Source: Candidatus Hodarchaeota archaeon
GTDB taxonomy: Archaea > Asgardarchaeota > Lokiarchaeia > Sigyniarchaeales > SOKP01
Reading direction: 5' to 3'
DNA: 64,000 nt
NCBI GenBank assembly: GCA_048886685.1
Contig: JBHLKM010000006.1
Coordinates: 32,001 to 96,000, forward strand
Part shown: in pieces, positions 47,901-57,167 of the stretch
Layout of the letters: the number at the start of each line of letters is the position of its first letter
How positions within the stretch are numbered: the first letter of the stretch is position 1
Program-made: the position numbers and the translations under genes
Notes under the pieces: generated by a model
Database searches by the model: none
What the model was told of the DNA's origin: nothing
Seen by the model: only the letters and a program-made list of their open reading frames with translations

Positions 47901-49328
47901 TATTTCTGTGTCCGATACAAGTATTTTTTCTAAGAAATTATTTAAATAAAAGTTATATTTAGTCTTTGCTAAGAAAACTTTTTTAGGTCTAATATTTCCC
48001 TTAAAGAAATTTTTTGAGATCATATCTTTTATAATGGGAAAGATATCCTCTTTTAGCTTGAGATGTTCTAAATTTGAAGTCTTAAATTTCTTAAACATAT
48101 CTGAAAGAGAAACAATACTTTTAGCACTAATTTGTGAATAAAAATTTTGAATGAAATCTTGTTTCCCTTTACTAAGATTTCGGATATAATTCTTAAATTC
48201 AATATTATTATTTAAAACTCTAATATTGAAATTATAATTGAGATTAACATATGAGATAAGGTCTTCTATATCATTGGATAATCCAAACGTCGTTTTTAAC
48301 TGGTTTATATCAATATAACCTTGCTTTTCTAATTCTTTAAACAAGACTCTTTCTATTTCGTCAATAAATTTCTTCCAAATTAAGGATAAAAGAATAATAA
48401 GTTTTGAAGTTTCAATCAATTGAATTTTAGTCCAATTAATTTCACTATTTAATACTTCATTTAATTTAGTGTTTATATAAAAATATACACCTGAAGGATT
48501 GTAATCTAATATCCATGAATATACATTAAGCGTATAAACTATCCAAAAGGTTTCATTGAGATTTTCTGTTTGATTGAATCCAAATCCACCAGTCTCTTTT
48601 TGAAATTGAAGAAGATATTGGAGTTCCTTATCCTTAACTTCTGATTCTAAATCCAAATATTTTAAACATAAAAATTTATAAATTAAGGCTCGAGTCTTTT
48701 TTTTACTATCCCCAATATATGAGCGGAATTGTTCCCTACTATTTCGAATGTCTATTCCTAAAAGTGTGAATATTTCTAATACATAAAATAGAATTCTTGC
48801 AGGGGAGATTTCTTTACAGATATCACATTCTTTATCATGACAATGTAAAAATGAATTTCCCTTTCTCAATGACAAAATAAAGCTTTTAATCTCTTCTTTA
48901 TTATGACTCTGGCCCTCTGAGGAAAAATACTCTTTTAAAAGACCTAGACTTTTCAAGCTTCCTAATGCTAAATAAGTAGAATAAATATCGGGCTGTTTTT
49001 GAGGATCATGTGAAATTTTGAAACCTATTTGTTCATATTGCCTAATTTCACAGCTTTTTATATATTTGAAGATTTTATCTATGCCGTCTTTCTTTTCTAC
49101 TTTGATATATTTCCTAAGTAAGCTAAACCAGAAGATAACTTCTAGCGTTAAGTCTTTTTCTTTTAATAAATTTTTTTTGAAATGTTTATAAAAAGAAACT
49201 AATTTATTAAAATCCTTTACATAATAATTCCCTATCCTTCTTTTTTCAGCATTCACAAATGATTTAAATGGTTCTTTTTTAAATTTGGTAATATAAGGAT
49301 AAGCCGACTTCTGTTCCACGTTAAACAA
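44922..49328 (-). CDS. Giant protein: prenyltransferase/squalene-cyclase-type repeats, coiled coils, PCI-like winged helices and 2 C-terminal TM helices
   Basis: PDIYSTYLALGSLKSLG and YLLQFQKETGGFG...ETFWIVYTL repeats; PCI-like segments ending MISKNFFKGNI, MIDISKINAEL and LISTGELQGKYD; hydrophobic hairpin at the C-terminus. Confidence 0.7.
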   Translation of the reverse strand: MFNVEQKSAYPYITKFKKEPFKSFVNAEKRRIGNYYVKDFNKLVSFYKHFKKNLLKEKDLTLEVIFWFSLLRKYIKVEKKDGIDKIFKYIKSCEIRQYEQIGFKISHDPQKQPDIYSTYLALGSLKSLGLLKEYFSSEGQSHNKEEIKSFILSLRKGNSFLHCHDKECDICKEISPARILFYVLEIFTLLGIDIRNSREQFRSYIGDSKKKTRALIYKFLCLKYLDLESEVKDKELQYLLQFQKETGGFGFNQTENLNETFWIVYTLNVYSWILDYNPSGVYFYINTKLNEVLNSEINWTKIQLIETSKLIILLSLIWKKFIDEIERVLFKELEKQGYIDINQLKTTFGLSNDIEDLISYVNLNYNFNIRVLNNNIEFKNYIRNLSKGKQDFIQNFYSQISAKSIVSLSDMFKKFKTSNLEHLKLKEDIFPIIKDMISKNFFKGNIRPKKVFLAKTKYNFYLNNFLEKILVSDTEINTERITEEKEKVEDIKNDIYNMTLKLKNIGNQIKEEIDSYLLIDEIDYAKERLKFIIRDVVMEADFLNENIENSFNEILYYCNIRTILETEIAQWNKVYSTLQKKLVEVDSYLKSKIQEKETIRNLNKLLENLNEKLIVVEEDLKKKLDAFKKLFSETLEREYIENKFNLVIPQLNQIFEDINKYDKAIFKISQQITTKENEIVENHRETIKKWVEIKEKYENEYKYYHEGFQFFKTNLKKINAINEKLNNDISKIGEIIRNKIRENQFQEAFEFIKKESDVILSEKLTEIKNIQSIVKDKIKEKQKLYLLYKHLLNNLENLESTIIDSVAKHSQSLKDKVIEERNKTEIKDFDEFVSQEVIKLKTELTNIKNKFNQSSNLTIAVIKNEFDLLGSSFDKTNKLFSKKFTNCNKNIEDFNEKSKLTILQWEKFTGFFHNEISDLRNEYINDIISNKINVMAIEKKTNNIKLIDLKDEVKLSCKVLINRLKDMIDISKINAELNENDKTILLYTDFYYLNKELRNYVENQLLKSNRERVGKILALYDSSIRNLTLSTNMLELQNRISDLRVFEEVIPKNFYNKVEELQINQEREEFLKTKEYFESIIENDKNAMSKISFNLGLFNSMQKFIVQQYNSLKIELKEYYNRFLKESENKDSYINIQEDFENKKQDFREKSRQVEDNIENEFRNIANKTEGTNKFIPEIREMFVGEKNEFLEEFSTRIEKVNDQLEIMKNETFRGKLIDFINNSKIKLSQLLGNLERKVEDNIEIKEFKKVNVIIQKRAKSIETEIKEISKTATTQIREYNRQSKNFNQISRFVLEDFNKFISEYNEILDEKVKSLERLILKSYIEMTIKAVANEYLTISFLNNELKIRKKNIQDHLLYLISTGELQGKYDPRFLIYFENPEILDEIDESELEVIKSTNYKFQMLRHNIRNFAVQYGPIIAFFGSIITISWYLFLFSGNNPAAIALPIIITILLIVYYSIRKKEEKIS

Positions 49329-49518
49329 ATTAAAATAAACCCGAAAAACTAAATATTATTATTTTGTAATTAATGAAAATCTTGACATATATTTTTTTTG
49401 AAATTAAAAATTAATTTTCTTTTTATTAATTCTAATGCCATGAGAGTGCTTACAACAACCAAAACTAATCGGAAGATTATTATTAAAAATTTTCAGGGCA
49501 TCATAGAGGGAGAAAATA

Positions 49519-50139
49519 TTATTTACTGTTATCTTCACGAGATATTAGGTGTCTATGTTTCTTATTAATGTAAACTGAGATACCTGCAATTAACAAAGAA
49601 GCTGCAACAATATAAAATATGATACTTAGTATTCCTGGAGACTTTGATATTTCCACATAAACATTTATTACTGGAGAAATACCTATATTTTCATTTACAG
49701 AAGAATCTTTTGCTTTAACCTTGAAGGAATATACTTCTCTGTTGGGATATGATGATATGTTATCCCATGTGAAAAACCATTCATCTTCACCAAATAAAGT
49801 CATTGAACTATTAAAAAGTGAAGTGGATGCATTTGAAATTTCTAATGAAACATTACCGGGTAAGGGAGGATTTGAATCTGTAATATTAACGATAATATCA
49901 TAAGATTTACTCTTAATAGTTAGATTGTTTGTCTCAGGTTGAATAAAAATGATAACTGGGGGAGTAGTATCATTATTAGCAGATTTAATCATATTAGGGA
50001 ACTCAAATTCATCCATTATACCGTTATTATCAATAGAATTTAGAGAGATCTGTTGAATAAAAAGAACAGTAAGATTGATAAAAAAAATAACACCCAGAAG
50101 CAAAATCTTGATAGTTCTCTTTGAAAACTTAGTATTCAT
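49519..50139 (-). CDS. Surface protein: signal anchor, Ig-like domain and C-terminal TM-basic tail
   Basis: DTTPPVI...VNITD...VKAKD..N; SPGILSIIFYIVAASLLIAGISVYINKKHR. Confidence 0.75.
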   Translation of the reverse strand: MNTKFSKRTIKILLLGVIFFINLTVLFIQQISLNSIDNNGIMDEFEFPNMIKSANNDTTPPVIIFIQPETNNLTIKSKSYDIIVNITDSNPPLPGNVSLEISNASTSLFNSSMTLFGEDEWFFTWDNISSYPNREVYSFKVKAKDSSVNENIGISPVINVYVEISKSPGILSIIFYIVAASLLIAGISVYINKKHRHLISREDNSK

Positions 50140-50298
50140 ATGTGGTACTATTCAAATTTCATACAAATATTATATTAAGTAAGAATAAATTCTAAGTTTC
50201 ATATAAAGTTAAGTTAGAAAAATATCAGATGTTAGAATTTAAAAGAATATATCATAACTATGTTCTTTATTTAAATAGATGTAAAAAAAAGAATTGAG

Positions 50299-51831
50299 TT
50301 ATAATTGAGGAGTATTATTAAAACTCCAAGTGTTTTTTATTCCTAAGTTGTCTTGCATTAAAGGTGATTGAATATCGTTTACTGTTAACACTTTTCCTGA
50401 AGGTATCTTATCTTTGGCGAAATTAAAGGCGATTTCTATAGTCTGATTTTGATTTAGTTGATCCCAAAAATGATGGAAGAACCAAGATCCTGCAAAACCA
50501 TCGGCATTATTGTTATCTCGCCAATACCATGAAAAAACATCTGATGATGAACTGATTAAAATAGCTTTAGGTAAGTCGTACCAACTGTATAGGTTTTGAT
50601 GAAGAAAATTACCACTAAAACACGCATCGATATTTATCAAGATTCTCTTGCAATTTATCTGTTTTATAAGATTAAAAAATTCCAATTCAGTAATATAACT
50701 ATCATCTGCTTCAAAATGAAATGTTGCATTACCATCACCGAGTATTTTATTTGAACCATGATCTACCATATAAATGATTAATTGATCGTTTTGCGTTATA
50801 TTAGAGCCAAAAGAATTAGGAACAGAAACATTTAATTCGTTTTTAAATCTACTTGCATTCACAGAATCATTTGCTACATCAATAACAGCACCATCTAGAA
50901 CATTGGTAGGACCATCAATAAATATTTTTCCGTCAAAATCATCCTTATAATAGAGCATTAGAAAAATATTATCATCAGTGTATCCATGATTCCTTAAAAT
51001 CCAGTAAACTTGGAGTGCTTGAGCAGAAAAACCATCTGAATTTAATTTACTTGGTGGTGGAATCGGATTTATTGGGTTTGTTACATTAACTGAAATCCAA
51101 CGTTCTATTCTCACATCGTCAAAAAGCACCATTTCCCCTCCAGTCATATTACCCTCAACTGCTAAAACTAAATGTAACTGAGTTATCTCATTTGGAGTCA
51201 AACTATGGGCAATTCCTGTTACATTTAGAAATTTCCATCCTGCAAAAGGTCCATGTATACCATTAGACCAATCCGTTCTTACTACATCATTGCTAGAATT
51301 TAACCATCGTAAACCTATTCTTGCTCCAGCCCCTGGAGGTATTATCATAGTAGGATTAACAGGTGGATTGTATATATTCGTTGTGATATTAACCCATGCA
51401 GATAGATTATATTCCGCATATTTAATTAATTCATAATAATTTGTCCAATTATATACTAATTCCATATTAACATATTTAGGAACTGCTGGAGTTTTAACAT
51501 TAAATTGTATAAATCCTGGAGTGTCATGACCAGGTAAATTACTCTCTTGAGATACATATCCATTGGGAAAATCTACATATGAGGGCCAGTTGTTGGTTTC
51601 AGTACTAAAGTTCGCATCTCCTCCATCATTAAATTCATCCTCTCCTTCACTCTTATGAAAATCATTCGCGCTACTTAGAATAATGGCTTTTTTATCTCCT
51701 GGAATAGGTTCTTTTCGCGTTGTAGGGAGATAAAACGGCAACAAAGAAAAAATTAAGACCATTATTAAAATAAATACAACCAGAGGATAATATTTCTTTA
51801 TTTTTAACTTCAAATGTATAAAACACCACAC
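50299..51831 (-). CDS. Membrane-anchored C13 (legumain/GPI8, clan CD) peptidase with an inserted CBM-like jelly-roll domain
   Basis: KKAIILS first strand, YWILRNHGYTDDNIFLM, IIYMVDHG (His), IDACFSG (Cys), GSWFFHHF; insert ends LFDDVRI. Confidence 0.8.
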   Translation of the reverse strand: MWCFIHLKLKIKKYYPLVVFILIMVLIFSLLPFYLPTTRKEPIPGDKKAIILSSANDFHKSEGEDEFNDGGDANFSTETNNWPSYVDFPNGYVSQESNLPGHDTPGFIQFNVKTPAVPKYVNMELVYNWTNYYELIKYAEYNLSAWVNITTNIYNPPVNPTMIIPPGAGARIGLRWLNSSNDVVRTDWSNGIHGPFAGWKFLNVTGIAHSLTPNEITQLHLVLAVEGNMTGGEMVLFDDVRIERWISVNVTNPINPIPPPSKLNSDGFSAQALQVYWILRNHGYTDDNIFLMLYYKDDFDGKIFIDGPTNVLDGAVIDVANDSVNASRFKNELNVSVPNSFGSNITQNDQLIIYMVDHGSNKILGDGNATFHFEADDSYITELEFFNLIKQINCKRILINIDACFSGNFLHQNLYSWYDLPKAILISSSSDVFSWYWRDNNNADGFAGSWFFHHFWDQLNQNQTIEIAFNFAKDKIPSGKVLTVNDIQSPLMQDNLGIKNTWSFNNTPQL

Positions 51832-52000
51832 AACTTTATTTTGATTTCAGTAATAAAATAATAATAAAACAATTTGTATCTAAAATAGAATTATATGAAA
51901 TGTTAATTTAAATCTTCCTTCTTTCTTTAATACAAATCAATTAACTATGATAAATAAACTCAAAATAATAGAAATTAAAAAAACAAAATGAGTTATTTAC

Positions 52001-53422
52001 TCATTTTTTAGGTTTTCCTTGCATTTCTTCTCTAATAGATGGGATCAGAAAATCTTTTTCATCTGGCTTTTCTAAAATATCTAAAAGATTATATTCTGTA
52101 ATCATTTGAAGTATTCCCAAAACTTGCATGCCATGATTGAACATCTCATTAGCATCGCTTAAATTTCTCCAACAGAAAGGGCATTCTGTGGTTAAAATAT
52201 CAGCTCCAACAGCATTCGCTTCATCACATCTAAGACTTGCAGTTCTGAGAGAAAATTCAGGATATCCCGCCCGTACTCCCCCACCTGCACCACAACACAT
52301 ACTATCAAGCTTTATACGATACATCTCTTTAAACTCTATACCCACATCTTCTTCAAGTTTCCTAAGAATAATACGTGGAACTTCATACCATTCTGCAATT
52401 GCTTCTTTGATTTTTCGACTGTCCATCATAAGATTTTTTGAATTCTCAATCATCTCTTGTTCCATATCAACTGCGAAATGTCTTCCTGTATGACAGGGAT
52501 CATGATAAGTAACAACTTTCCCTTTTAATTCTTTATTTGGTTTGAATTTGATTTTTTCTTGCTGAATCAATCTTGCCACAAGCTCAAATGCATGTTCTGT
52601 TTTGAAAGGAAGTTTTTCCCCTTCAGTCATCCATTTTGGGTAATCAATAGTGAATGTTCGATAACATCCAGCGCAACTGAAATACACCATTTCTACATTC
52701 TTAAATGCTTCAAGGTTTTTCTTCATCAATTCTTGTGCTGTACCAACAGCTCCAATCCTGAAGAATGGGCTTCCACAACATACTTCGTCATCAACTAATG
52801 TGAAATTCATACCTAGTTGCTCAAATAGTTTTGCAGTTGCTATTGCAACCTCTACTTGACGATAACTCGCGGTACATCCTACATAATAAGCAATTTTAGC
52901 ATCTTTATTATTGATAAACTTTTCTAAGCCAGCATCCTTAGCCCATTTTAATCTTTCGTCAGCAGCTCCGCCATATGGATTATTTCGCTCTTTTACTAAT
53001 TTATCTACTAATTCATGTTTATCGATCATAGGTACTCCAGATTCCATACATGCAGCTCTTAAAGACTCAATAATATCAACTGTTCGGACCTTGTTTTCAC
53101 ATTGAGCGGAACATTGACCGCAAGTAATACATGGTAAAATTACATCTCGAACTTCTTCAGTAAATTCCAAATCTCCACTTAATATAGATCGTGCAATCCA
53201 AATTTTGCCTGCATTCCAGAAAGCTTCCCATCCATATTCAATGCCTGCTGGACAAGCATCAACCATCCCTTCATAAAGTACAGTGCCTTGTTTTCCAGTA
53301 AATTCCCCTATCCCTTCTCGATCAGGTTCCCCAGAATAGGCAAATCTGCATGCTTTACAATGTATACATTTAAAAATATCTTTTCTTAATTCTTCTAATC
53401 TTTCCATTCCTGTTTTAGCCAT
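52001..53422 (-). CDS. HdrD/GlcF-like Fe-S oxidoreductase (2x[4Fe-4S] plus two CCG domains)
   Basis: CIHCKAC, CITCGQCSAQC, YVGC, CCGSP, CAGC, YHDPCH, CCGAGGG, ECPFC. Confidence 0.9.
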   Translation of the reverse strand: MAKTGMERLEELRKDIFKCIHCKACRFAYSGEPDREGIGEFTGKQGTVLYEGMVDACPAGIEYGWEAFWNAGKIWIARSILSGDLEFTEEVRDVILPCITCGQCSAQCENKVRTVDIIESLRAACMESGVPMIDKHELVDKLVKERNNPYGGAADERLKWAKDAGLEKFINNKDAKIAYYVGCTASYRQVEVAIATAKLFEQLGMNFTLVDDEVCCGSPFFRIGAVGTAQELMKKNLEAFKNVEMVYFSCAGCYRTFTIDYPKWMTEGEKLPFKTEHAFELVARLIQQEKIKFKPNKELKGKVVTYHDPCHTGRHFAVDMEQEMIENSKNLMMDSRKIKEAIAEWYEVPRIILRKLEEDVGIEFKEMYRIKLDSMCCGAGGGVRAGYPEFSLRTASLRCDEANAVGADILTTECPFCWRNLSDANEMFNHGMQVLGILQMITEYNLLDILEKPDEKDFLIPSIREEMQGKPKK

Positions 53423-53443
53423 TTTTTTATCAACCTCCTTGAT

Positions 53444-54934
53444 TTATGGAAGAGCAAGTCTTCCAGGATGCATTATAAAATTAGGATCTACAAGCTTCTT
53501 AAAAGCCCGTAAATATTTCCAGTACATTCCTGCTTGATAATAAGCTTGAATATGAATATACGGATCAGGCCTATAATTCAACCATCCTTGTTTCAAAGCA
53601 TATTCTGTTGTGTCTCTATTGAGTTCTTGAACCTTTTCAAAGTCAGACTGTTTTGTACTGTCGAAACAAACAATAGGCATACAAATTGCTTGTCTGCATC
53701 GTTCAATGCTCGCAATCCACATTACTGGAGGAAATCCATATTCTTCCATTTTTTTAGTGTACATCTCAGCAAAATGAGCACATTCTGGCCAAGGTGTATA
53801 CCACGTGATAAATAGAAATCCTGCTTCCCAGAAACTATATGGGATAGCAATTTTATTAGGTTTTTTCATTCTACTAGCGATTTGTTTTGGATGAAGTTGT
53901 TGTTTTATAATTGCGTCAGGGCTTTTTGCTCTTTTCTTAAAATCCTCTGCCATTTTATCAATTCTATTAGTAGCATAATCTAATTCTTCTTGAGTTTGCG
54001 CCCATGTTTCCCAATTCATCCACCATTGAGAGATTCCTATTTCTTTATAGAAATCATAATCATGTGGAACTTTATCCTTAGGCCACCTTGCCATAACGAG
54101 AGGATAATTACCTCCTTGGACCATTACAGTATTATGAGAGATACCAAATTCTTGTTTTGCAACTTCGAGAGTTAAATCTTGCATATCATAAGGATTATCC
54201 ATGCCCCAGACAACAACCGTTTTAAATTTAGGGTGTGGGTATATCTTAACAGCTGCTTTTGTAATAACTCCAAAAGAACCTTGACTTCCCATCAGGAAAC
54301 TCCACATATCTGGACCTAATCCATATTTATAGAAAGGTTTCGCAAATGGTAGCGCCCAAGAACCGGTACGTACGACATCACCATTAGGAAATACTATTTC
54401 CCCACACATAAAGTTATCTCCCTGTGGACCGACACTAGAAGTATAAAGTGAGAAACCTCTATCTATTGCATCACCCATAACAGTTGCTGCCGGAGGTGCA
54501 CCATCAGGTATAGGAGGAGCCCAATCTGGATGGTATTTGTGCATATAAGCCCAAAGTTCACCATTGGTAACCCCTGGTTCTATGATGCAAAAGCGATTCT
54601 CTTCATCAATTTCAATGATACGGTTCATTCTACCTAAATCGAGCAGAACTCCTCCAGGTTTAATTGTCGGACATGCAAATCCACCCGATAATCCGCCAGA
54701 AACGGGGCTAACCGCAATTTTTTCTTGAGTGCAATATACTAATATTTTACGTATCTCTTCTACATACTTTGGACGGATTACAATATCAGGAATTTGTGAT
54801 TCTAATCCCATAACCGATTTTGATAAGTAAGATGCAGTAATCGCTTTATTGTTTGTAGCATATTCCTTGCCGACAATACCAACCATAGCTTCTAAATCTT
54901 TTTCATCTGGTAATTTATAGCTCATAATTTCCAA
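53444..54934 (-). CDS. FAD-linked oxidoreductase (VAO/GlcD family)
   Basis: PDIVIRP, LDLGRMNRI..EPGVT, GSQGSFGVITKA, DPNFIMHPG. Confidence 0.9.
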   Translation of the reverse strand: MEIMSYKLPDEKDLEAMVGIVGKEYATNNKAITASYLSKSVMGLESQIPDIVIRPKYVEEIRKILVYCTQEKIAVSPVSGGLSGGFACPTIKPGGVLLDLGRMNRIIEIDEENRFCIIEPGVTNGELWAYMHKYHPDWAPPIPDGAPPAATVMGDAIDRGFSLYTSSVGPQGDNFMCGEIVFPNGDVVRTGSWALPFAKPFYKYGLGPDMWSFLMGSQGSFGVITKAAVKIYPHPKFKTVVVWGMDNPYDMQDLTLEVAKQEFGISHNTVMVQGGNYPLVMARWPKDKVPHDYDFYKEIGISQWWMNWETWAQTQEELDYATNRIDKMAEDFKKRAKSPDAIIKQQLHPKQIASRMKKPNKIAIPYSFWEAGFLFITWYTPWPECAHFAEMYTKKMEEYGFPPVMWIASIERCRQAICMPIVCFDSTKQSDFEKVQELNRDTTEYALKQGWLNYRPDPYIHIQAYYQAGMYWKYLRAFKKLVDPNFIMHPGRLALP

Positions 54935-55123
54935 CCTTTTAATATTTCTTCAGTTTATTGTTTTTTTATATATAAATTTAATATTTTGGAAAATTAAGTA
55001 CTGAATTTTAAATTTTCTTATATCTTTTTCATACTAAAGATGATTTCTTTTTATAAAGAATACATATAACTTTTTTAAATGAATATATCAACTAAAATAA
55101 GGATATTTTATTGAAAATCTCAA

Positions 55124-55695
55124 TCAAATTTCTTGATCTAATACGATTTGATTATATATTTCACTTACATTTGAATTGGTTGAAGAACTTTTACGTCTTT
55201 TATCATAGATGATAAATTCGCGAAAAGCTTCATTATTTCCATCGATAAATTTCCAGAATTCTTCATAAATATCTTTTAAAGACATCTTTTTATTTGTTTC
55301 TACAATTTCTTTTATTAAATTCTTATTTTCTTTAGTTTTGCCATAAGTTTTAGATTGATATTCGAAAGATTTATCCTCATTCCTGACGATAAATTTTAAA
55401 TTTCAAAAGCCTCTTTACACTCCTTTTAGCTTTGATTAAAAACTCTAACGCCATTCCTTAATTTTTTTGAATTTTCTTGGTTTAATTCAAAATCTACCTT
55501 CTGATATCCTCGAATTTGTGAATTCTTATCTACAAAAACCTGAAAATGATGGGCACATATTAACCCCTTATGGATTGAAATTGTGGTCAAATGCGAGCCA
55601 TTTTTTATTTTTTTTTCAGAGATATCAATAAGATCCCTAGTTTTACAACTTGGGCCTACAACCTCAACTTTTTTGGTGGTTAGTGGAACCAACAT
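55124..55695 (-). pseudogene. Disrupted hypothetical zinc-finger-like gene (nonsense codon plus frameshift)
   Basis: The track ORF stops at TAA 55426. Coding-like sequence continues KECKEAFE and then, after a 1-nt shift, NLKFIVRNEDKSFEY...KMSLKDIYEEFWKFIDGNNEAFREFIIYDKRRK...QEI*. The N-terminal CPxC appears degraded to GPSC. Confidence 0.65.
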
Positions 55696-55996
55696 TATTA
55701 AAATAGATTGAATAAATTTTTCAAGGTTTTGAAATAATTCTTAATCTAATTATTTAAACACCTGCTTTTGTTGTTTCTTTAAATCGTGGTTTTTCTCATT
55801 TGTTTCAAATATAACTCAGAATTGAAATTTAAAATACCATCAAATTAACCAAGAAATAGAAAATACTACTTAATAATTACGTCGAAGATAATAAGGTATA
55901 AATACTCACTCTTCATAAATTTTAACCATTAGCAAATAAAATGTTATCCATTCATGAATAATAACAGGAAAATAACATAGAAGAGTGTTATGAAAA

Positions 55997-57004
55997 ATGA
56001 CTACTAATTTTGCTGAAACGCTTTCAAAAGTTCCCTTAACTGTTGATCCAGCAAAGATGTTAAAATGGTTTAATGAAGAAGCAGGTCCAGTATATTATTT
56101 GATGTTTGGTATAACTTATGAATGTCAGTGTAACTGCAGACATTGTTGTACCGGTAATTATATCAAAGAAAAACACAGAGATCTTACAACAGAAGAGATA
56201 AAAAGTGTGCTAGATCAAGCTGCTAAACCTATGGTTGTAAACTTTTTTGGAGGTGAACCAACATTAAGACCAGATTTAATTGAATTAATAAAGTATGCTG
56301 CAGAGAGATCGATGTTTGTCTTTACAGATACCAATGGTATAGTTGTTACGAAGGAATATGCTCAACAATTGAAAGACAATGGTCTGGAGTTGCTCTATGT
56401 TAGTATCGATAGTCCAGTTCCAAAATTACATGATCAATACCGTGGATATAAAGGCTGTTATGAAAAAGCTGTTGGAGCAATAAAAAATGCATTAGAGGTA
56501 GGATTAAAATGTGTAATTTCTACTTATATGACTAAAGATAGTTTAGCAAATGGTGATTTTGAAAGGGTAATTCAATTATCAAAAGATTTGGGCACTCATG
56601 GTGTAAGATATTTATTACCGACACCTGCAGGTAAATGGTTACGTGAAACCGATGTATTGTTAACTCCTGAAGAAAAAGAAAAAGTTTGGGCGCTAACAGA
56701 TTTTCCTTATGTCTGTAGAGATTTTTATTTTCAAACCCAATTTTCAAGTCAATGTGCAGGAGTAGCAGGTAAGGCTTATATCTATATTTCACCTTATGGT
56801 GACGTCCAACCTTGCTGTTTCATGCCCCTCTCTTTTGGAAATATCAGAGAAGAACCTTTAAAAACAGTTCTTAAGAGAATGTTTAATCATCCAATGTATA
56901 GTCATGAATGCATGCAGAATCAATGTCCAATGATAGATCCAGGCTTTAGAAAGAAGTATATTGATACTGTCCCAGACGACGCGAAACTGCCCTTTAGAAT
57001 GTAA
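55997..57004 (+). CDS. Radical SAM protein with SPASM/twitch domain
   Basis: CQCNCRHC, FFGGEP, TNG, CAG...ISPYGDVQPC...GNI, C-terminal Cys residues. Confidence 0.9.
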   Translation: MTTNFAETLSKVPLTVDPAKMLKWFNEEAGPVYYLMFGITYECQCNCRHCCTGNYIKEKHRDLTTEEIKSVLDQAAKPMVVNFFGGEPTLRPDLIELIKYAAERSMFVFTDTNGIVVTKEYAQQLKDNGLELLYVSIDSPVPKLHDQYRGYKGCYEKAVGAIKNALEVGLKCVISTYMTKDSLANGDFERVIQLSKDLGTHGVRYLLPTPAGKWLRETDVLLTPEEKEKVWALTDFPYVCRDFYFQTQFSSQCAGVAGKAYIYISPYGDVQPCCFMPLSFGNIREEPLKTVLKRMFNHPMYSHECMQNQCPMIDPGFRKKYIDTVPDDAKLPFRM

Positions 57005-57052
57005 TGTTTAAATCCAATTCAATTTTTTAATTTAAACAATTAAATTATTTAC

Positions 57053-57084
57053 TTTGAAAGCTAAAACGCTCTCCTGCTTTCAAA
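57053..57084 (+). terminator. Intergenic inverted repeat
   Basis: tttgaaagc-N14-gctttcaaa, about 50 nt after the radical SAM stop codon. Confidence 0.4.
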
Positions 57085-57167
57085 AGGTAATCTGACCCTA
57101 AGCCAATCTTTAAGTGAAAATAATAATTTTTTCTATCATTGTGATTAAATTTTTTTGATTTTAAGAA

